A stretch of 64,000 bases of DNA, taken from NCBI RefSeq assembly GCF_964355755.1, contig NC_092674.1:868001-932000 (forward strand), given 5' to 3'. This DNA comes from Antedon mediterranea (lineage: Eukaryota; Animalia; Echinodermata). The position numbers were made by a program, and so were the translations under genes. Below, in pieces: positions 13,997-25,800 of the stretch (positions are counted from its first letter, which is position 1; the number at the start of each line of letters is the position of its first letter). Under the pieces are notes generated by a model that worked only from the letters and a program-made list of their open reading frames with translations, did no database searches and was not told the origin of the DNA.

Positions 13997-14265
13997 ATTA
14001 CAAAGTTGTCTAAACAATATAGACTATTTAATTAACCACATAAAACTCCTATAAAGTAGGAAGCCTTTTACCATTCTTCCCCTGAAACAAATTGACTGCA
14101 CACAGAGCATGCTTTATGTGGTCTTGAATGAAATTGTCTTCTTTCTACGCAAACTTCAAGTCAGTATAGTTTTGTTGTTTGACGTCTATTTCTAACCAGT
14201 TTCCAGAGTCACAAACATGGCCTGTTTGCAACTAAAAACAACAAATGTGTAGCAAGTGATCCACG

Positions 14266-17200
14266 TTACATAACAGAACCCGACTCTACCCTCTCTAACC
14301 TTTCAAAATGTTTTCTTGCATTTTTTATATTGATCAGGGTGGCGGCAGAAGCTGTAGAAAAAGACATAGGTTTCGTTATTCTTCAACGGATCACTTTTGA
14401 AAAGATAAGTACTGCCACTGGTGTGTTTTATTTCATTGGCACAGAAGCTTAAGTAACTTTTACAAGGTATATTTTAATTTTAATTATTGTTCAATTGTAA
14501 GCCCAAATAAACTGTTATAAAAATATAATATTACTAGTCGTCAATGTATAACCAAATGGAGTTGTTTCATTTGGGTAGTAACAATTAACTGACTATAGTT
14601 TAGAAACTATTCTGCCAAAACTTTTAAGAGTGTGAAGTATTGACATGCAATTAATAAATAAAACAACTCATTTAAGTTTAAATTTCATCTTTATCGTAAA
14701 GTTGTAGAGCTACTGTATACATTATGAAGGTCTACAACCATCCGTCTTGCAATACAGATGATATTTAAACGAGTTGTTCTATAGATTACAAACTGTTTTT
14801 ACTTACGTATGGTCGGGTCTGACATGATCACCATTACGTATGTGTTTGATGTAAACACATCAATAAACGATGCAAAGTTACTGTTTCTTACTTCCATACT
14901 TTGAAATGATGCAGCTAACTTACTGCAAAATAAAAAAAAAATTACTGTAAATGGAAAAACGAGAAAAGAGATGCTCTGAAAAATAAGCGTTTTAAACTAT
15001 CACTCTAACTAGCACAAAATGTCTATCTCTTTTCCTCCCACCCCTCAACTTTATACACAATGCTGGATCAACCCCTGAAGTTCAGGTAGATTACATTACT
15101 GTTCTTACCTACAGCTCAGTTTGAATTGTTTAATTATGTTACTGATTTTTTCAAACCGATGTACATCCTTGTGTGGTTTACGCTGGCAATGTGAAATAAC
15201 CTGAAAAAGAACAATATTTTTATTAACACAAGGAAAACAAGATGGCGCAGCTCGCAAGTCAATCAGACGCCGTGTTTAGAAGCCCTAGGGATTAATGAAG
15301 TAACTGACCATCTACTGAAACTACTTGTGGTTATACAGTACGTACCAAGAACGTTGCCCTCTCAAAAAGCAGAACCTCGTCAGCATCAATGATGTCAGCA
15401 AACTTTTGTAAGTTGGTCTCCAACTGCCTTACATTTGGAATTAAAAGATAGACTATACTGCTCCAGGCTTTGTAAAGTGTTTCATCCCATATAGATGTGC
15501 GGAAGCATGTGCATATTAAAGGTTTTGAAAGTCTCTTTAAGTCATCCTCTCGTTCTTTAAAAATCTGAAAAAAAAATATATTTTTATATATTTTTATTCA
15601 ACCTTATTTACAGAGGGCGACTCAAAACAGCTTATGTTGACAATCATAGGCCCTCATGATGAGTTATTAACTGCCTGTGTGTGACAGTGTGTATATTTTA
15701 AAATTGAAAGTAAAGAATTTAACTGTGGCAGTAAGAATAGATAGTACCGTATAGATAGAAAACTAAGCTTGCCTATGTATGCTCCCACATGTAGGTGTGG
15801 TACATATAACATTTATTGAGAGGGATGTTTATTGAACTTTTTATTAGATAAAACTCCTGTTTATGAGGACCCTATTATTTGTATTCATACCACATCTCGT
15901 TGGTCTTCTTGTACAAGATCCATCTTGTGTATGAGACAGAAGATGTTTGCATCTGGTGAGTTCTGCAGGATAGCTTCCAAACATGATTGGTAATAATGCA
16001 TGTCCTTCTCCAGCTCCCTACTCTCAACATCAAAGACATAGATAAGCACCTCTACATTGCGGAATATGTTGTCACGCTGACTGGCAAAGTAATTCTCCAT
16101 AAAGGCTTCTTGGCTACAAGAAAGGTATTATATAACACATAAATAAATTCCTGTCATTTGATTGGACAATTGTGGGACACATGGTGTGTTATAGTACACA
16201 CTATTAAATGGTCATTATTTGTACAATATTAAACAGTAAGTTTTATATTACAGTGTATTGTTATAATAACATACATTGATGTACTAGAGACAGATGCTGG
16301 TATGCAAATAGATGAATTGATTGGCTGTCACAATTGCAGATAGGAAATTATGGAGGAAACTAGTCATATAAGTTCGGGTTTGTCCCGGACTAAGTAAGTA
16401 TTGTTATAGTAAGTAAGTAAAAATGTAGTCAAGAAACTGGAACACTGTGCCAACTTTATTTTACAGTTAGTTAGGTGTAGACAATTAAATAGTTGACTTA
16501 CCCTCCACAGTCCCACAAATTTAATACCAGGTTACCTAGGAAACGTACATGAGAATGCTCAACATCAACTGGAAAAGGAAAAAAACAAATGAATTTAAGT
16601 AAATTTTATTTGCTACTATTAATTTTGATTATTGTGTGTATTTTTGTCCAACATTACATTAGATAAAAACAGTATGGTTTTGCTAAATAAACTTAAAGTG
16701 CCACAGACTTTAAATTCAGATATTAATGATATTTTGGGTAGATTTAATGTCTATAAATCTTGACCGAAATTTGCATTGACCTACTTTTAACGGTATGGCC
16801 GTAATCACCTCTTAATTAGGAACGTTAATATGCCCTCGTACTTTATAAGCGTGACGTCACAGGCAGAAGACGGGGTGTGTTATAAGGCGCAAGATGCAGG
16901 TTAGTTCCTCCTCGCGATCGTCGGTGTTATGGCTGTGACGTCACATACAAATGTCGAAAGGTAACGTTTCGTGACCAAATAACGACACACATATTGCTTT
17001 TTTTTCCATATATATAACAATTTATTATTGAAACTCAATTTAACACAGTATCTACATATATTATTCTTGATACTGATAATAGTAAATGTCGTATTTGTCG
17101 AAAGTGTGGCACTAGCACTTTAAATAAATCTTTACTACAGCAGGTTGTGCCTGACGAATATAACCATTATTACCAGAATTCTTAGGGCAAGTGGCTAACA

Positions 17201-19289
17201 TGGCAGATGATTTGAAATCTAGAGTTCAAACTTACTTGTGGCTCCTAATCTTCTGGTGTCTCTTGCGATGTAATTTGCAAAGATGATAGACCTCATACTG
17301 GTCTTGCCCGACCCACTCTTACCCATTAACAACACCTGTAACAAAACAATCACATTATTAACATGCAAAATAGGTTACAACATAAAAGTTGACTGGGACA
17401 GCAAAGTAGTATCAGGCTTTATTTCTTTCCATTTTATAATTGGTAGTCAAGATGCTTTCTCTAAAACTCTGTCCACACTATCAAACTTTATGTGACAAAA
17501 ATATGTGATGTACCCATATATGGACATGTCATATCACTACCATATTTGGGCAAACTAGTTTGATAGTAGTATATAGACAGATCTTTATAGTCATTCCAAC
17601 ATGCCTGTCCAGGTCTAAAATACAAAACATTATAATTATTAATTATACTGTCATAAGTACAACTGGTCTCTTAAGATTTTTAGATCAGAGTAATTATTAA
17701 TATTCATAAATACAATAAAAATATGTACAATTACATCAAACACATCACAATTTATAAGTATTATTGAAATTATAATTATGCATTCTAAACATTCAACATG
17801 GTATATACAGTATTATAATGGTCAAACAATTGAAACATGCGGTTAATAGCAGCAAGCAATATCCATCAATTCTTAAGCTCTGTTAATTAACACTATCAAA
17901 TTTTATGTGACAAAACAATGTGATGTGCCCATACAGTATATGGACATGATGTCTTTGGGCACATCACACTTTTACATTTCAGGTATAAAAAAAGTGTATT
18001 CTTCCCTGATAAAACCATCCTCCAGAGGAGACTCAACTTATATCAGTTAGTATGGTCCTAACTACTACTAATATAAAGTATACTGACAAATTAATGTTAA
18101 ACTCATCTTTTTGATATGTTATTTAGAAAATTAACTTATGTTTTTACATACATAGGTAAACCACTGGAAAGAAAATACAAATACTTGATAACTTAACCAT
18201 GTAGTAAAAGAACATGCCTGTATACAAATACCAGTGTTATAAAAAGAAAAAAACAAAAACAAAACACAGGGTTGCTTTTGAAACATCAAAATGGTAAATC
18301 TCTTCCAACCTATAAGTACGTACGCCATGCAGCTATTGTTACCTTTTTCTTTCGACTGCCATTTTGGGACCTGCGTCTAGTCTCCATTCTACTCATTGTC
18401 TAGCTTTGCTTTAAAATTTTACTGAAAAAGCATCAAACAGCTACGGTTTATTATAAGACAACACTAAAATCCTTTTTGTGGTGGTATTACATTTGTCTAC
18501 AAATGCAAGAATATGTAGGTTCCTATTGTGCAGTTTATATACAAAAAAATCAAAAAATCTTGGTACTGTTCTATTGCTCTCCTTCAACTAAATGCACATG
18601 CAATGAAATCGTCAAATCTTCCAAAATACATGACAGAAGTAGTAAATTCCTATTGGCTTGTAAATAAAACTAAAGTAATGCAAATAAACTCCTGGTTAAA
18701 TTTGAAATATTAGTAAAGAATGATTATTCAACATCAGACTTAGCTGTCACCTGATAGAAGTGAGTTTTGTGTATGAAATGATTTTTGCCCGGTCATGGGA
18801 GGAAGGTCAACTTGCACAATATCATTATTGTTACAAAAAAGTCATTGTTGAGAAATGAAACATACCAATTAGAGGAAATTATTTGATTAAATGGGCATGG
18901 TAGCAATTTCATTGGCTAATACGGCCCTAATTGTTTGATTAATGATTGGGCGTTTTTTTTTATTATAACAGTTTTGTTTTTCTTTCTGACCTTTTTTTAA
19001 AGCATTGCGGCAAGAATAATGATCAAACAAAACAGTTTGACATAAGTAATTAGATGCAGTCAAGTATTAATAACTTGTATTGTAGCAAAATACACAAAAA
19101 ATTCACAATGAAAACATAGACAAACACTATAATAAATATGATGGAATGATCAACTTCAGTCATCCTTGGACCTTACTTATTAGGCTCTAGCTAGGCTACA
19201 CAGCAGTGCCAGAATTTGTCATGAATAAAACAAAACATGCGAATTGTATAACGGTATATAATATCATTTAAACAAACCTTTTTCTTCAT
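14266..19289 (-). CDS. RRAGA: Ras-related GTP-binding protein A/B (RagA/Gtr1), complete, 8 coding exons
   Basis: Exons (minus) 19289-19278, 17335-17236, 16568-16502, 16113-15891, 15564-15346, 15200-15109, 14922-14807, 14351-14266, all GT-AG and phase-consistent. Translation [69 protein letters not shown]...HKMDL...[11 protein letters not shown]...[32 protein letters not shown]...[28 protein letters not shown]. Confidence 0.97.
16697..17119. mobile_element. Probable non-autonomous Kolobok-like DNA element in RagA intron
   Basis: TTAA|AGTGCCACAGACTTT ... AAAGTGTGGCACT(AGCACT)|TTAA; two internal TGACGTCACA motifs. Confidence 0.5.
18343..18396 (-). CDS. RRAGA: Candidate alternative N-terminal coding exon of RagA ([18 protein letters not shown])
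   Basis: ATG at 18396, 18 open codons ending AAG|gtaaca in phase 0, ending in KKK like the canonical exon 1; upstream acceptor ctttttcag| gives exon start 18421. Confidence 0.6.
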
Positions 19290-19803
19290 TTTACAACAGG
19301 AATATTACGAGTGAAATATAGTTTAATTTGCCAAAACGGATTAAGATATAATTTCGGATAAAGTATAATTTCGAAGGTATTCTGATGACTAGGCCTAGCA
19401 CGGGGGCAGGAAAACACAATCCTTCCTTCTATAATCTCACACAGTCAGGTGACCCATTGCTTTGGCTTGATCCATTTACGTGCAGGGAGTTCAATTGCAA
19501 TTAAGAATTAAATCATTTTTAACCAAAATGAAAATAATCAATTTTACATGATTATAATGCTATAAAAAATATATTATATGTAATCACTTGTAAAGGTTTG
19601 TTATTTACATTAATTACATTCGTACCTATCTAGTGAACTTTATTTCAACCTACTAAATAATGGACCATACCGAACTTCGTCGGGGAATCTCCTAAAGAAA
19701 GATGGCGTTAACCAATTCTGTAGAGGAGGTGGCCTAACCAGAAGAAATTAACCGGTTACAAACGTAACAAAAGTTCACGTTTTAAAGATTAAAGCCCGTC
19801 AAA
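19290..19803. promoter_or_regulatory. Bidirectional promoter region between RagA (-) and DOCK (+)
   Basis: Divergent start codons 514 bp apart; YY1-like AAGATGGCG at 19699-19707 and CCAAT at about 19712. Confidence 0.7.
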
Positions 19804-22800
19804 ATGGCCGGAAAACAAGGCAGGGCTCATGGAATGCTTCTAAGGAAACACATTAGTGGGAACCATAGTGCTGCTGTGGTCAGGAAAAATGTGTCGGAAG
19901 CAGTTCGGGACAGCAGATTTATCGGGGTGAGTGTCCGATTTAAGCGTAACGCCCAACCAAAATAAACAACAAACTTCGAAGCCTAGCCTAAGCCTGGCTA
20001 GGATTTGAGTGGGCCGGATGGTTCCCGCATGGAACAGGATTCGGTATCTGTTTTTATGTAATTATTTTAAAGGATGTGTAATTATTGAAAGGATTAACAT
20101 TTATTTATTTAAGAAAACAAAGTTTACCGATACAAATGAAACAGTGAACAAACACATTTCTTAATCTTGATTGATGATCATGAAAATGAGAGAGAGAGAG
20201 AGGATGTGGAGATTGACGGGATAGGCCTAGATACAGTATATTGACTAGTAGTAGGTAGGCCTACAGTTGTTTGTTGTTAATATCATTCTACTTTTAGGCC
20301 TAATATAGCACTAGGCCTATTATGTTTCCTAATCTACGAGACTTTAGTGCAACAACACATACTGTAAAGATTTCATTTTTTAAAAAAGGAAACTGTCAAA
20401 AAAATAAAGGAAACCAGTCGGACAGTAAAAAAATATATATATGAAAAAATGTAATAATTTTAATAATTAAAGAATAATTTACGTTAAAATAAAAATCAGT
20501 TTTCACTACATAAATACAGATTTTCAGTCAGCAGTTTTAATGCCCAGAAAACTGTGTGTTTGTCATGTAATTAATTACCAGAAGTAGTGATTAAAACATT
20601 AGTACAAGAGTTTTATAAATAAAATCTGATGAGAAGGAAGTTCAGATGTCAATTTGTTGATGTGATGGGCATCATTTACTGCCTTATGAAGTGCATATGA
20701 TGATGACTGAATATTTGTACAGGAAGTGTATTAAAAATAATATGGCTATCTAAATAATTGATTAAATTTGTAAGGATAATCTGTGTTATGTAAAGGGTCA
20801 CCTTGCATAGGTTCTGTTTATTCCTGATTGTGAACTACATATTACTACTTATTATAACTGATATTTCTGCACATTTCCTAGCCTAAGGTGTTAATTACAG
20901 GCCATTATAACTTTTGCAGTTCATCAACGAATTACAATTCTATAAATTCAAAATGCTGTATTATGCTGTTTGCATGAGAAGTGACGCTTTTATAATACAA
21001 AAAAAAAAAACTCTTCATTAATTTTAAAACCTGTTTCTCATTTGAAATAATCAATTAACACAACAAATTTATTTCTTAAATTTTGAAAATCAAAAATATA
21101 CCAAGAAAAATTGGTTTCAGTTTGTCAACTTGGTTGTATTGGTCAGACAAAGAGCAATAAAAATACAAATGGATTTAAAATGTTTGATAAATAATCCTTT
21201 GAGAGACCTGATTTATATCATTATTCTTTACTCTTTGTTTTATGTTAATACAATAGCATAGCAATTACTGTTGTAGGATAATAACTTTATTTGGAGATAT
21301 TAAGAAAAAATTGTTAGTGTCAAGAATATTGTGACAAGTTTTTATTACTTAAACCATTTTACTTTTGTATACAATTGTAGTTTTTGTATAACATTTAATA
21401 AACAGACTTTATGTCAATTTAAACAGTACTTTTACAATATTTAGAGCATAATATTTCTCTGAGATGAGCTGTTTCCTGTATGCTTTTGCTACTATTTTAC
21501 AAATGGCTGAACTAACATGTTGTTATGAACAATAATACAATACAAACATGTGACTTCAATTTGCAACAAGTATAATAATCTCCGTAAGTTCAGCAGTGTA
21601 TAGTAGATTTACAAATACAGTAGTTCATCATTGGGATATTTCTAAAAGATAATTTCAAGGAGATAATTTCAAGGAGTGGCATTATTTATTTGGAATGTTT
21701 TGTTTTGAGGTGGACGTCAGTCGATTCTCGGTACTGTATCAGGAATCTGGGAAAACATCACAATGTGTTTAATATGTATACTGTAGTAGTAACCTACCCT
21801 TACATGATACAGGCATCACATGTGATATAAATGAGATGCTGTAATACCAAATATGCCTAAATGATACTTTGGAAAAAGGATTTTTTTTGGATAGTGTGGA
21901 GATGACAATGGGAATCAGGTGTTAACATGATGTTGACACCGGAGAATGGCTAATTCCCAGTGTCATGTACACGTACTGATGATTCTTGTCATTTCATTGT
22001 TATGAGCACTGAGTTTATTTAGTAAAAAGTACACACACCTGTCTCTCTCACCATCAACTTTGGACTACTATTGTAAGTGTGACTTTTTTTGCCCCATGCT
22101 GAGAGAAATGTGGCATTTGTCACCTTGTTTATGATGGAATATTCTTTTAATTGTCAAATTTGGGTATTTATGGATAAATTTAGGGAAAACATACCTCCAA
22201 ACTAAAATTGATCTTTTTTAATAATTTCTTAGATTTTTTTTCTTTCCTAAGGAGTTTTTTTTCATTGAGTCACAGCACAGTCGAAGAATCTGAATATTAA
22301 TTGGACAAAAGCTCATTTGTAATCTTTTGGTCACTGATTGCCATAGTGACTCATTTTGTAATTGGTAATACTCTTGGATTTCAGGATATTCAAATTCAAC
22401 ACTAACTATAACACAGCCTAGAGATTGTGTACATTTCTGTACACAGTGTTTCACTTTTTTGTCATCTGGAATATTTTATCATCAGATCTTCAGTATCCCA
22501 GTTTGCAATTGTTAGTTCATGCACTTTGAATCCCTTTCACCTGTTTCTTCATTTGGTTGTCTTAGAGATGACATCACTAAATAAGGTCAATGATCAACTC
22601 TAGTGCCAACAAATGAAAACATTCACACACATGTACATTACCTTACTGTATATTTTACAGTTAGTTCAAAATACTGGATAAGAACTATATTTTTACATCT
22701 TAATAAAAATAATATTTGTACTTGTATAAAAAAGTATAAATAGTGTAGAATTAAGAATCAAATATCTATTTTTTGGAAGGACGAGTACTTTAATGACCTT

Positions 22801-25800
22801 TTCTGTAAATTCATTTTGAATTATTTTAAAGTACTTACAGGTATCTGTAATCTAGATTATGTCTTACTAATTAGTGGTTTTAAGGTTTTAATAAGTAGTT
22901 AATTTAAGGGTCACTGACCTTTTTTAATTCATGACACATTATTATTACATCAGCAAACATCTTATACTAGCTATTGTACTATTATAGTAGAAAGGCTAGG
23001 AAACCTACTGTATATAAATATGTAGTTCTATTTTGATGATATTGAAAATATGGAATGGTATTGGTAACAATATTTAGGCGATTGGTATTTAACAATATAA
23101 GAATCTTAGGTTTAGGTTGTGTTTCAAGTTAATTTTAATACAATACCGTATTTAGGCTAATTCAGAAACAAAGAGTTTTGTAAATTATCCATTATAATAA
23201 AATAACTTGAGTATCATCACCTACTGTACAACCAGCTAATTTAGACAAATTTAGACTTGATTTATAAGCCATTATTACATAAATAAATTTAACCAACATA
23301 TAAATTAAAAATTGTCTCAAAAATTACAGTACCAGGCCCCTGGGACTACTAATATTACTATTAGTATACCTGGATACAGCAATATCTGTACTGTTTGTTT
23401 GTTTATTTACTTGACGTAGCACTAGACCCACAAGTACATAACAAAATAATAGTGCACTACAAACAAATCAATTCATATCCACTTTGTTCCCATGCATGGT
23501 TTTATGCGTGTCTTGCTATACACGTGGATGGTGCTTTACAATAGGCTTTAGTTGTCTAATCAGTGTTTAGTGTGTTGAGGTTGTAAGTGAGCATTGAACT
23601 GAATGAAAGAAACTAAATAAAATTACAAATACAAGTTGATATTTTAAATCAGTCATCGGTCATTTTTTGGATCAAACACATAATAATAATAATAATATTT
23701 ATTCGGCAAAAGTTCATAAAGTACATTTTACAATTCATCTTGCCAGGAGCAAGTAATACAGTAGGCATGAGCCCAAACAGAAAACTGCTCTTACTCCATC
23801 ATTACTTATAAAATACAAAAATAACAAAACTAAGTAGCACAAATTAAGTCAAAATAAAACAAAACAAAACAAAACAAAGTTATAATGAGATACACCAATT
23901 AAAAATAAGCTGCATTGAATAAACAATATAAACAATTACAACTTAATATTTTGAGATCAAATGTTTGGTGAGTTGGGCTTTAAAGTCTGAAATTGTAGCA
24001 CATTGTTTAATTTCATTGGGAAGTTGCTCCCATAATCTAGGGAAAATAACAAATGATGAATTTATAAATGTATTGGTCTTTGCCTTCCAATGTATTAACC
24101 ACCCTTCACACCTCTCACTTGATCTCACAAACTCATTAAAGGATGAGGGACAGAGGCCATGCATTTTTTTAAAACCTAATGTGAGTCTATACACTTTAAA
24201 TATATCTTCAATACTTAAAATATTTAGAGTCTTTAACCTATATAAATATGAAGTGTCCCAATTTCCTTCTTTTCTGTACATAATTATTCTAGTGGCCTTT
24301 CTCTGAACCCTTTCAAGTCTATACATATGAGAATATGGAAACATTCACTCCTGTATATGGCAGCTAGAAATCAATGAAAAGTTGTGTCTTGATCTAACCG
24401 GGTACCCATTTCATACAACTGGGTGGAGAGAGCCAAATGTAAATAAAGTGTCTTGCCTAAGGATACTGTACAAACAATGTGACGAGAGTTGGATTTGAAC
24501 CACGACCTCACGATCAGTAATCCAACATTCAACACACTGCGCCACACACCCTCACACATGTAATCTTCATAATTAATTAATTAACATCAGTTCTTTTTAA
24601 ATAAAGAATCTCAACGTGTAACTGTTATCCTTTATATTAAGTTGGTAAATGGGTGAATGAATAATTGATTGAATGGATAAATGAATGGCATAATTGATTG
24701 AATGGATAAATGAATGGCATAATCAGAAAACATGTTATATGTTTATTCATTCCACATCACATGAACCTTCTCTTGATATCTTTTGTAGTATGTTTGCTGC
24801 CCTCTACAATTCAATAAAGTATAGCAATAATAACAACTGTAAAAAGTTTAACATTTTACACTTACAGTACTCTACAGTTACATATTATATTATATTACAT
24901 AGCCTATGTAAATACGTGAACGTGATTGGTTGAAACTGCGTCACATGACTACAGCTGCGAGGATCGTAAATCGTATATATCCTCGAGAACGATGATATTG
25001 ACTGAGTAATTTTCGCGTAATTATCGTGTCCCCTGTCATTAATCATATAAATTCTCGAGTTCGATGATATCGACTGTGTAATTTTCTTGTGGAACACAAG
25101 CGTTTGCCGATAAATAAACAAAAGTCATCTACTGGATCTTGAACTCGGGATGGAATTGTCACTCCATCACAAGACGCTTCAACCGCTGCGCCACGGAACT
25201 TGCTTGAAGAAATTAATCTTTTAAACTATTTAAGCTATGCATACATTGCGCCCTCATTTGTTATTAGTCCTCCCTAAATGTGATGAAACACCGTTTGTGA
25301 TTGGTCAAAACTCACGGTAGTAACCTAGTAACTAGTACGCGCTGAACATCCGGCGATTCGGCTCCTCGAAGAGAAGAAGACGAATTGTTTATTCGGCCTA
25401 CCTGATTATAATATTATTATTAATAGGCTTATTGATGGAAATTCTTCTGTTAATTTAAACAACCTAGGCCTAAGTGAATATTTTATTGCCAAGGAATCAT
25501 TAATTAGTAATTATCTGTATATTATTCTTCGCAAGGTAAGGTGTCTAGGCAGGCTTGTTTACATACAATACAAATACTATAGGAGGCCTAGCCTAGCTTC
25601 ACCCAACCCAGCAGACTTGTTCTTGGCTATATATAATATAACAGATATCGCCTTTTATATCGGTTAAATGGCACTTCGGGAAATATATATTCCCTCGAAC
25701 TTAATATCATTCCCTCGGGGATGTCAAATCTTATATTTAACCTCTAAGCAGTCAATATCTGTATAACATAATTGTTTTTAAAAAATGATATTCGAATGCA

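Noticed and set aside
25127-25197. tRNA gene candidates (also about 46228-46295, 56592-56670, 24485-24556)
   Set aside because: A and B boxes are present but acceptor and anticodon stems do not pair; treated as SINE heads.
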